Shown: positions 29,078-37,388 of the stretch, piece by piece
Position numbering within the stretch: position 1 is the stretch's first letter
Layout of the letters: every line of letters begins with the position of its first letter
From: an uncultured Ignavibacteriales bacterium
GTDB lineage: Bacteria; Bacteroidota; Ignavibacteria; Tepidaquicellales; OLB5
Length of the DNA: 64,000 nt
Assembly (NCBI GenBank): GCA_964461265.1
Contig: CAYWTS010000004.1
Location: 52,112-116,111, forward strand
Direction: 5' to 3'
Translations under genes and position numbers: made by a program
Notes under the pieces: generated by a model
Database searches by the model: none
What the model was told of the DNA's origin: nothing
Seen by the model: only the letters and a program-made list of their open reading frames with translations

Positions 29078-29830
29078 TTATTCAAGCCAGCCATGAAGTG
29101 TTATATACGAATTTACAATCCTGAAACCCATATCGGAAAATAACTTGTTAACGGAAGTATTAGTTGTAAGAACATTATGTTCTTCCCACTCTAAACCGGT
29201 TTCCGCTCCCCATTTCAGACCATGCAAAGTGATTGCGCGAAAAACTGATTTATTTCTGTAATACTTCAAAACCGAACCCAAGCCGCCTGCTGCATATTTA
29301 GAATTATTTTTTTCAAATATTTTAAATGTCAAATAGCCTACAGCTTCCTTTTCTATTTCAGCCACGAACACTTTATCGGCAGTATTTTTATCCGTACAGC
29401 TTCTTTGCACCCAGTCTTTGTATATTTCCATGCATCTTTTTTTATCCAATTTATTATCAGCGAAATAATGTCCGTACCCGTCGAAAGATTCCTCTGTGAA
29501 TCTCATTAAAGCAGGTATATCTGTTTCTTTTACTTCTCTTATATAATAATTTTCAGTTAGTTTTATTTCATTCGGTTTAAAATTCTTCAAGTCGTATTTA
29601 TATGTTAGCTGATTATCCTTAACCCTGAATCCAAGATCCTCCAATTTGTTAACAAGCTTTAAGTTTTTCCCCTCAATTCGGGATATAACCAGCACTACAC
29701 TGTGTTTTTTGAGTTCATTTATTGCTGATTCAGGGTCAGTCTCTGAAAAATCTGATTTAACAACCTTAAATCCAAACCTTTTTGTATCAAGTGGGCTTAT
29801 GTACTTTTCGATATCAAAAGTTTTTATCAT
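29078..29830 (-). CDS. GNAT-family N-acetyltransferase, WecD (dTDP-fucosamine acetyltransferase)-like
   Basis: 250 aa. Two-domain layout with a C-terminal GNAT core (VGYLTFKI..., N.S.N.LF.DMGFRIV). Lies immediately downstream of the WecE-like gene. Confidence 0.55.
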   Translation of the reverse strand: MIKTFDIEKYISPLDTKRFGFKVVKSDFSETDPESAINELKKHSVVLVISRIEGKNLKLVNKLEDLGFRVKDNQLTYKYDLKNFKPNEIKLTENYYIREVKETDIPALMRFTEESFDGYGHYFADNKLDKKRCMEIYKDWVQRSCTDKNTADKVFVAEIEKEAVGYLTFKIFEKNNSKYAAGGLGSVLKYYRNKSVFRAITLHGLKWGAETGLEWEEHNVLTTNTSVNKLFSDMGFRIVNSYITLHGWLE

Positions 29831-30036
29831 TTATCTTAATTTCAAAATTAAAAAATGAATTGCTTTTAAACTATTTAAGTATATAATAGAGATATTATGT
29901 ATTATTATAATACGTTTAAACAGAACAAAATTTTTGCTATACCGATTTTTATACAGCAAAACTTTTCAGTTTTATAAGCATGAAAGTATTTATCATTAGG
30001 CAGTTACAACGGTACCCTAAATGAAAATTTTACCAC

Positions 30037-30867
30037 TCATATTTGCTGTTTGGTTTTCTGCTTAATTGTTAATTCATAGTTATACACGGGAATTTCCCAT
30101 TGGTCAAAGTGTCTTTCCGGAAAGTTAAAGCTTTTTGAAAACAATGCTAAATTTGACTGGTAAAGATGTATTATATGTTTATGCTCTGCTGCCGGTATCG
30201 AATCAAGAATGCCGCACAGCACATTTTTATTTACTTCACCGCTGAGTATGTAATCATGCCAGGCAATAATCGATTTTTCATTCCTAATTAATTCTAATGC
30301 AATTTTAGTATCATTCTTTACATAATCCAGAGAATGATTTCCGTCAATAAACACAAGGTCAAAAGTTTTTGAATATGGTTTGCAGTCAAAGTTTTTACTG
30401 TCTGCTTTTAAATGATGTATTGTTTCAATTTTCTTTGAGTAAAAACCGAATACGTCTTTGGGTATACCGTAAAGTCTTATTTCTTCGTGGTCATACGGTA
30501 TATCAAGCGTGTAAACTTCTGTATTCTTAGAGTTTATATGAATATTATATGCAGATAGACCAAGCCATGTACCGATTTCAAAATACTTTTCTGCTTTTAT
30601 AGCTTTAGCTATTCTGCAAAGCATATAGTAATCATTAACCGGTGATATACCTCCGGTAAAATCGGCTTTAACATTTATTTCCGGTACTGAACTTTCGCCC
30701 AGCAATAAAAACAAAGTTTCTGTATCCACCTGATTGAATGCGTGCAGTTTGTATTTATTAAGTATTGCTATAAGCTTATCTTCATAAACTAGCTGGTTAA
30801 CGAAAGTTTTGATTTTACCCTTTGAATTGAAAAACTTCTTGAATTTTTCTACCTTACTCATTTTCAC
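30037..30867 (-). CDS. Class I SAM-dependent methyltransferase (Methyltransf_24-like)
   Basis: 276 aa. YFEIGTWLGLSA (motif I-like), FDLVFIDGNHSLDYVKND and IIAWHDY, typical of this MTase group. About 90-aa N-terminal extension. Confidence 0.65.
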   Translation of the reverse strand: MKMSKVEKFKKFFNSKGKIKTFVNQLVYEDKLIAILNKYKLHAFNQVDTETLFLLLGESSVPEINVKADFTGGISPVNDYYMLCRIAKAIKAEKYFEIGTWLGLSAYNIHINSKNTEVYTLDIPYDHEEIRLYGIPKDVFGFYSKKIETIHHLKADSKNFDCKPYSKTFDLVFIDGNHSLDYVKNDTKIALELIRNEKSIIAWHDYILSGEVNKNVLCGILDSIPAAEHKHIIHLYQSNLALFSKSFNFPERHFDQWEIPVYNYELTIKQKTKQQI

Positions 30868-31850
30868 CAGTAATACTTCTTGTATTTCCTGTAATATTGT
30901 ATAGTGTTTTTTATACCGTCATCGAGAGATGTTTTCGCTTCCCACATTACGATTTTTTTAATCTTGGAAATATCGGCATAGTAATCTCCCGGTTCGAGTG
31001 CTTTGCGTTCTGTCGTAAACTCTGTAAATTTTGTGCTGCCTGTTCCTGCTATTTTTATTATTTTTTTAGCCAGGTCTATAAAGCTTACGGGAATACCTGA
31101 CCCCACATTGAATACTTCACCATAAGCCTTATCACAGGCTGCGGTCATTATCAGAGCTTCGGTTAAATCGTCGATATATAAATAGTCTCTTAAAATTCTG
31201 CCATCACCGAATATTGAGATTGTTTCGTTATCAAGTGCTTTCCTTATGAACCAGTTAAAAACACCGTATTCATCGTGCATCATCTGGTGACGCGGACCGT
31301 ATGTATTTGTTATCCGCAAGCAAACTGATTTTATTTTGTGGATGTTATGATATGTTAGGACAATCCTTTCAGCAGCAAAATTTGTTATTGCGTAAATACC
31401 GATTGGATTTATTTCGTGTTTTTCGGTTACAGGCAGTTTTAGTGAAGTGCCGTATTCTCCGCGTGTACCTGTGAAAATAACCTTTGCATCAGGGTTATTT
31501 TGTTTCAAAGATTCCATTATTGTTAATGTGCCTTCAACATTTATCGACAGATCCTGAAGCGGGTTCTTCACGCTGTCTACGTGGTTAACTTGGCCCGCAA
31601 GATGAAAAATGTAATCCATGCCTTTTACAAGGTGGTTCATAGAAACACGGTTGCGTATATCGGAAATATTAATTTTGACTTTATCTTTTACCGGTTCAAT
31701 ATTAAATAAATTACCTCCCTGACGGGGGAGCATATTATCAACAATTAGTACGTCTGCACCAAGTTCACTAAGCTTCAATGAAAGATTGCTTCCTATAAAA
31801 CCCAGACCGCCGGTAACTAAAACTTTTTTATTTTTAAATACTTGAGTCAT
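30864..31850 (-). CDS. Extended-SDR NAD-dependent sugar epimerase/dehydratase with a non-canonical YxxxN active-site motif
   Basis: 328 aa. VLVTGGLGFIGSNL Rossmann motif. The expected YxxxK reads Y153-A-I-T-N157 (codons checked on DNA: TAC GCA ATA ACA AAT at 31394..31380). Confidence 0.8.
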   Translation of the reverse strand: MTQVFKNKKVLVTGGLGFIGSNLSLKLSELGADVLIVDNMLPRQGGNLFNIEPVKDKVKINISDIRNRVSMNHLVKGMDYIFHLAGQVNHVDSVKNPLQDLSINVEGTLTIMESLKQNNPDAKVIFTGTRGEYGTSLKLPVTEKHEINPIGIYAITNFAAERIVLTYHNIHKIKSVCLRITNTYGPRHQMMHDEYGVFNWFIRKALDNETISIFGDGRILRDYLYIDDLTEALIMTAACDKAYGEVFNVGSGIPVSFIDLAKKIIKIAGTGSTKFTEFTTERKALEPGDYYADISKIKKIVMWEAKTSLDDGIKNTIQYYRKYKKYYW

Positions 31851-31853
31851 AGT

Positions 31854-32564
31854 TTATATACAGGTTTTCAATAATTTTGCGGTTTCTGCTATTCCAATAT
31901 TCATAATAGGGTCAATAACAGATAAACCCTTTAAAAACTCTTTAGTGTTGAATTGTTTATAAACAGGATGCTGATAGTTTAAATAGATCAGGTTTATATT
32001 ATTTTCTTTGAACTTCTCATCTTCCTGGTATTTAGAAGCTCCGCCTCCGCATAAATATGCAGAACCACATAATTCTTTAGTAATACTGATGAGCAAATCG
32101 GTTGCCTTACCCGACGATGTAAGACCGGATGCAAAAATTATTTTGGACGTCTCAATTCCGAGTGATTGGCATAAAGTATTGATAATATTTACATTATAAG
32201 AAACTAAATCGTCGGTTTCATATATTATGAGTTTCTCAATTATATCAAAACAGCTATCGAAAAAATCTGCATGCTTATAATTTCGTTCAATGGTTTTTAA
32301 TATATTTTCACGCCACGGTTTCGAGTTATCAATTTTCATTTCGTTAATATTTTTGTAACCGCTGTATGACCTGATTATAGGCATTGTCAACCATTCAGCT
32401 TCTCCGTTAATAATAATCTTGACTCTGTTAGCCCAGTAACCGCCTTTTTTCGGGTATTGAACATTATCCAGTATTACAAATATATCGGATCTGATAATTT
32501 TACTAAAGAAACCAAGCCACGGTAAAAAATAAGGCTGATGTATTGCTATAATTTTATTTTCCAA
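31854..32564 (-). CDS. WbqC family protein
   Basis: 236 aa. N-terminus IAIHQPYFLPWLGFFSKI..SD.FV.LD.VQY is the WbqC-family signature. Confidence 0.75.
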   Translation of the reverse strand: MENKIIAIHQPYFLPWLGFFSKIIRSDIFVILDNVQYPKKGGYWANRVKIIINGEAEWLTMPIIRSYSGYKNINEMKIDNSKPWRENILKTIERNYKHADFFDSCFDIIEKLIIYETDDLVSYNVNIINTLCQSLGIETSKIIFASGLTSSGKATDLLISITKELCGSAYLCGGGASKYQEDEKFKENNINLIYLNYQHPVYKQFNTKEFLKGLSVIDPIMNIGIAETAKLLKTCI

Positions 32565-32567
32565 AAA

Positions 32568-33305
32568 TTAAATAATATCTTCTACTACAATGTTTGCTGT
32601 ATCTTTGTATATACTGATTTGTTTTTCGGCATTTTCCCTTAGAGCATTTTCAAGTTTTTTAATCTGCGGTATACGCTGATTATTCCACCATGTATCATGC
32701 AGGTTAGCTTGAACCTTCTTAATATTCGTGTTTTCCAGTACATCACGTAAGGTGTTTTCCCTCCACCTGCCGTTAGAATCGGATACATATGTAATATTAC
32801 CCCCTAAAAAATCTTTATTGTATGCGTTAATTAACCCTCCGTAGTTTTCACTGTATTTCAATATTTTAGGATTAGGGTTATGATATGCAAATGAGTGAAC
32901 TGCAGTTTCAAGAGTATCTTCAAGTATAGCTTTTTCTTTGAGTATTAATTCTTCCATGCGGTCAAATACAGAATCATGATAACCGCAGTCGAAGTGCAGT
33001 CCGATATCGTGACCCCATTTTAACCAATTCTTAAAAATACCCGTATTTATTTTATCCCAGAAGTTATAAAAAATACAATGAAGCTGAACAAAAAAAGTTG
33101 ACTTAATACCTTCTTCGGTATTTATCTCAGCAAGAATATTCATTTCATTTACGTTGTATTCAACATCGTGCCGCCATAAAACAAATTTTTCATATTGCAG
33201 ATAGTCAGTAAACGAAATGAAAGGAAATCGTTTTTTTGCAAGCCTTATTAAGCTCCTGTATTCAGTTAAAGTAAAAGGACAATTAGTTTTTATTTCTTTT
33301 GGCAT
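32568..33305 (-). CDS. Putative polysaccharide deacetylase-fold (CE4-like) protein
   Basis: 245 aa. LWRHDVEY...GIKSTFFV and GHDIGLHFD resemble divergent CE4 deacetylase metal/catalytic motifs. Weak, motif-only call. Confidence 0.4.
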   Translation of the reverse strand: MPKEIKTNCPFTLTEYRSLIRLAKKRFPFISFTDYLQYEKFVLWRHDVEYNVNEMNILAEINTEEGIKSTFFVQLHCIFYNFWDKINTGIFKNWLKWGHDIGLHFDCGYHDSVFDRMEELILKEKAILEDTLETAVHSFAYHNPNPKILKYSENYGGLINAYNKDFLGGNITYVSDSNGRWRENTLRDVLENTNIKKVQANLHDTWWNNQRIPQIKKLENALRENAEKQISIYKDTANIVVEDII

Positions 33306-33307
33306 AC

Positions 33308-34480
33308 TTAGTTTGTTTGAAAATATCTTACAGTCTTATTAAGTGCTTCAGCATAACGTTTAACCCGCTCATCTTCAACAGGGCTTATAACGGTATTAAA
33401 CATTCTTGGTACAAGATATTCTGCATTTGGACATGAGCCTTCATCATAATTTGCTCTGCCTTTATAATGAGGACAAGCTACAGGACAGCCTCTTGTGTAG
33501 GCTTTCGGTTCATTGAAAATGGGATATCGGTATACAGGACTTGGTTCAAGTCCGAATGCACCGTAAGGCATAAAAGCCGGAAGGAAATAATCTCCTCCGT
33601 TTTTACGCAGCACATCGAGAAAATTTTTATAATCAATGCCTTTTTCGTCTCCTTGATATACTGCCGCCCATATGTGATATGCTGACCAGTTGCCATCAGC
33701 TATTTTTTGAGGAACTATCCAATCACAATTTTCAAGTGCCTCCGTATAGAGTGCTGCAAGCTCATGATCTTTTTTGACGTAATCTTTGGCATGTGCCCAT
33801 TGAGCAATGGCAAGAGCAGAAACCAAGCCCGAAATCTGGTAATTCCAGCTTAAGCGTCCGGGAATTCTGCCGAAGCTGGTAAACATCGATTTTTCGGCAA
33901 ATTCTTCATTATTTATTAATAAAAATCCGCCCTGACCGGTACTAAGCTGTTTTCGGTGGTTAAAACTGAAGCCGGCAAAATCACCATATAAGCCGGCATA
34001 TTTACCGTTTCTTGTTGCAAAAAGTGTGTGGGCACAATCTTCTATAACGGGCAAGTTAAATTCTTCAGCTATTCTAAGAATATTTTCCATCTCGCACATA
34101 CTTCCAAACAAATGAGTGCATATTATCGCCTTGGTTCTTTCTGTGATTTTATTTTTAATCGATTCGTATTCGACGTTCATTTTGTAAACATCAACATCGG
34201 CGAATACCGGAACTGCATTATGATACATGACTGCCATACCTGCAAAAGTTACAATCGGGTCTACTATTACCTCATCACCTGGTCCAACTCCGATGGTTTG
34301 CAGCGCAATGTGTAATGCACCCATACAGGAATTAACAGGAAGGATACGTTTTGCAGGGTAATCATTGGATATTATTTCGATAAGTTCGGAAGTAATTTTT
34401 TCAGAATGGCTGTCCTGGTTTGAATCGAGCCAGCGTTTTAGTAATTCGAATTCAGTATCAGAGTATGTTCTTGTTGACAT
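33308..34480 (-). CDS. DegT/DnrJ/EryC1/StrS-family PLP-dependent sugar aminotransferase
   Basis: 390 aa. GDEVIVDPIVTFAG and the PLP-lysine motif SFNHRKQLSTGQGG. Confidence 0.85.
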   Translation of the reverse strand: MSTRTYSDTEFELLKRWLDSNQDSHSEKITSELIEIISNDYPAKRILPVNSCMGALHIALQTIGVGPGDEVIVDPIVTFAGMAVMYHNAVPVFADVDVYKMNVEYESIKNKITERTKAIICTHLFGSMCEMENILRIAEEFNLPVIEDCAHTLFATRNGKYAGLYGDFAGFSFNHRKQLSTGQGGFLLINNEEFAEKSMFTSFGRIPGRLSWNYQISGLVSALAIAQWAHAKDYVKKDHELAALYTEALENCDWIVPQKIADGNWSAYHIWAAVYQGDEKGIDYKNFLDVLRKNGGDYFLPAFMPYGAFGLEPSPVYRYPIFNEPKAYTRGCPVACPHYKGRANYDEGSCPNAEYLVPRMFNTVISPVEDERVKRYAEALNKTVRYFQTN

Positions 34481-34492
34481 TAATATATTATT

Positions 34493-35479
34493 TTATAAAT
34501 AAATTTTCCGGGATGTTTTCACTGATTTTTCGATAGCACTAATTAATTCAAAATTCTGAAGTGCTTCATTGAATGAATTTAAAGGTTCACGGTTATTTTC
34601 GATCGAATCGATAAGGTCTTCAAACTGAAGTATTAAATCGGGTTTTTCCTGTTTAATATCTATTTCATTCTTATTAAGATTCATGTCTTCTTTTAAGAAG
34701 ATATCGTTCCCGCATATACTTCCCTTCGTTCCCAATACTTCAACAGAGAAATCAGATGGTTTATAAGCTGATGCCGAGCAGATGAATCTTCCTGTTATAC
34801 CGTTTTTATACTCCAGATTTGCTACAAAAGTATCCTTCTCCCATTCCTCTTTCAATTCAAAAGCATTTCCTTCAGCTGTAACTGATTTTACCTCACCGCC
34901 ATACCATCTCATAAGGTCTAATGTATGAATTGCCCCTGCGTGCAAAAATGTATAAGTTCCTGCAGGATACTCAAGCCACCATTTTTTAGCTCTTGATTTG
35001 ATAGAATCAACAAGGTCAAATACATACGAGCCGGAAATCAACATGATATTACCTATTACTTTTTCATCGATTAATCGCTTTGTTTCTATATTGATTTTTC
35101 TGAATCTGCAGTTCATCCCTACCTGCAGCTTGCAGCCCGATTGGTCTAATGCGATTTTAATTTTATCGTATTCGGTTTTTAAGTATGAAAGCGGTTTTTC
35201 GCAAAACACGTGTTTATGCTGTTCTAGAGCTGTAATAGTTTGTCCGTAATGCAGAAGGTTAGGGGTTACTATAAAAATAATATCGCAATCCTTAACAGCT
35301 TCTTCAAGATTGGTTGTAATTTTATTAAAACCAAACTCATTTTTAAACGATTTAAGGTGTTCGTTTATTTCAATATCGACCAAAGTATTTAAATCTGCCG
35401 ATGGATGTTCTTTTAAAACCGAACAGTGTTTCCGGGACATAAAACCTGAGCCAACCATGCATATCTTATATTGTTTCAT
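34493..35479 (-). CDS. Gfo/Idh/MocA-family NAD(P)-dependent sugar oxidoreductase (WbpB-like context)
   Basis: 328 aa. N-terminal Rossmann motif ICMVGSGFMSRKH and the family EKP motif (VFCEKPLS). Adjacent to a DegT aminotransferase. Confidence 0.85.
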   Translation of the reverse strand: MKQYKICMVGSGFMSRKHCSVLKEHPSADLNTLVDIEINEHLKSFKNEFGFNKITTNLEEAVKDCDIIFIVTPNLLHYGQTITALEQHKHVFCEKPLSYLKTEYDKIKIALDQSGCKLQVGMNCRFRKINIETKRLIDEKVIGNIMLISGSYVFDLVDSIKSRAKKWWLEYPAGTYTFLHAGAIHTLDLMRWYGGEVKSVTAEGNAFELKEEWEKDTFVANLEYKNGITGRFICSASAYKPSDFSVEVLGTKGSICGNDIFLKEDMNLNKNEIDIKQEKPDLILQFEDLIDSIENNREPLNSFNEALQNFELISAIEKSVKTSRKIYL

Positions 35480-36192
35480 ATTTTTCCTGTATATTTAAAT
35501 TGATTAGCTATTTCGAGCAGTGTTTTTACTTCAAGTTTATTATGATTAATGTATTCCATCAGTGAAATAAGCAAATCTCTTGTACCCTTTATTTCGCAAT
35601 TGCGGTAACTAATCAGTTTATCAGGTTCGTTATTATATTTCTTGGCTTCATTATAGCGGAATCTGTTTTCGGTGTTGAGGTAAATGTGCACAGGATGAAA
35701 AGCAAAAACCACAAGCCCATCATCAAGCAAATTAACATTCCATGATTCGAAGGTTTGCCCGTATGCCAAATGTACATCATCTTCCCAGTTGAAAGGGATT
35801 CTTATGAGCCCGTTCCATGCAGTAAATGGCTTTAACCCGGTCTGGTATGGGAGAAAAATATTAGCATCGTAAATTAATCCCTTTTCTATGAAGAGATTTA
35901 ACAAGTCAGTATTTTGAGTCATTGAATGTGACCTGACACCTTTCGCATCGGGATGCACATCGAGTAATTCATCTATTATGTCAGCAGGGGTTTTTGCAGA
36001 TTTACCGCTTAGAACTGGATTGAAATTTGGATGTATTCCGATCTCGAACAGTTTTTTTGTTGCGTTAATAAGACGCGGTGAGTGGTGTGTTGAAAAGAAA
36101 GTACATTTTATACCGTATGTTTCGAAAAAAGATAATGTATCATTGATTACGTCTTCATGCGCCCAGTCGATATCTAATGTAAAAGCTATCAT
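35476..36192 (-). CDS. Putative polysaccharide deacetylase-fold protein (WbmS-like)
   Basis: 238 aa. FTLDIDWAHEDV...GIKCTFFSTH, GIHPNF and GVRSHS motifs resemble divergent CE4-like enzymes. Motif-only call. Confidence 0.45.
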   Translation of the reverse strand: MIAFTLDIDWAHEDVINDTLSFFETYGIKCTFFSTHHSPRLINATKKLFEIGIHPNFNPVLSGKSAKTPADIIDELLDVHPDAKGVRSHSMTQNTDLLNLFIEKGLIYDANIFLPYQTGLKPFTAWNGLIRIPFNWEDDVHLAYGQTFESWNVNLLDDGLVVFAFHPVHIYLNTENRFRYNEAKKYNNEPDKLISYRNCEIKGTRDLLISLMEYINHNKLEVKTLLEIANQFKYTGKI

Positions 36193-36338
36193 TTTGTTTT
36201 AAACCCGAATAGTGCCTTAATCCATAAAAATTTTTTACCTGTTATGGAAGCAGATTCTTCATTGAAATGTTTCGTAATTCCAACCAGCATTAATTGAAAA
36301 TACTACAATAATTTTATTAAGGCAACTTTTTTCAATAT

Positions 36339-37382
36339 TTAATAAAAATATTTGTTCTTCTGCTTGCTGCTGAAGTCCTGGCAAATCTTATTTTTCAATG
36401 CCAATGAAATGGATTTATTGTAACTCAAGCCTTTTTTTCTAAATTTTGAAAGTAATTCAGCGACCTTTAATCCTGCGGTAAACAAGTCTATCAGTGGTTT
36501 TGGACCTGCATAATCTGTTGCAACACTCATGTAATGCGGAGGTGCAATTTTTTCGGGATAATATTTTATACCGCTGGTTTTTAAATGGTGACTATCTATT
36601 TTACCACTGATATGAATAATTAACAGGTCACTATTAATATTCTTAATCTCTGTGCCGGTAATTTCTCCTTTTTCCCCAATATAGAGGGTATCGCTTTCAT
36701 GGTCGGCGAGAATCAATGCGTCACACTTAGCCAGAATGTTTTTATCATGCTTATTAAAAGCTGTTACATTATAACAGCTAGAACCTTCCGATAATAACGA
36801 TTTTGTAATTGCATTTGCAAATTTCCCTTTGCCAACTATACCAATATGACTTTTAAAAATTTCTATATTTTTTTCTAGCAGCAGCTTTTTTACAACAGGT
36901 CCTAAATACGATATTGTATTCAAATATGGGTGTGACTCATTTGTACCGAGAACAGGAATTCCATTCTTATGACAATAAGAAAGGTCTAAATCATTTTCCC
37001 TATATTCCCAGGTTTCCCACATAAGCGGAATAACAACTGTATTCTTGCAATATTTTAATTTATTTTTATCTAAGGGTCTTAAAAAGCAGGTATTTGTAAT
37101 TATATCTGCGTTATTGATTAACCTGCTGTTTAATTTTGTAACAATTTTTATATTATTTGATAAATTTAATTTCTTTGCAAGACCATTTATTTCTGATTTA
37201 ATATTTCTAACGGAAGAATAAACCGAGTTTCTGGCAAAAGCAATGACTTTAGCATTTGCCTGTGCAGCAATTATGGGACCCCATTTATAATTGCCGCTGG
37301 CAGCTTCTGTTAATACCGACAACCCCTTCAAACTCAGATTGAAGTTGTTAATTGCATTTATGATGAGTTTGAATTCTCTCAA
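36339..37382 (-). CDS. Hypothetical protein with a Rossmann-type dinucleotide-binding motif; family not recognised
   Basis: 347 aa. IGIVGKGKFANAITKSLLSEG (GxGxxA), followed by a CDALILADHE...LLIIHISG pattern loosely like 2-hydroxyacid/alanine dehydrogenase NAD domains. 6-nt gap from the upstream AsnB gene. Confidence 0.5.
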   Translation of the reverse strand: MREFKLIINAINNFNLSLKGLSVLTEAASGNYKWGPIIAAQANAKVIAFARNSVYSSVRNIKSEINGLAKKLNLSNNIKIVTKLNSRLINNADIITNTCFLRPLDKNKLKYCKNTVVIPLMWETWEYRENDLDLSYCHKNGIPVLGTNESHPYLNTISYLGPVVKKLLLEKNIEIFKSHIGIVGKGKFANAITKSLLSEGSSCYNVTAFNKHDKNILAKCDALILADHESDTLYIGEKGEITGTEIKNINSDLLIIHISGKIDSHHLKTSGIKYYPEKIAPPHYMSVATDYAGPKPLIDLFTAGLKVAELLSKFRKKGLSYNKSISLALKNKICQDFSSKQKNKYFY

Positions 37383-37388
37383 TGTAAT

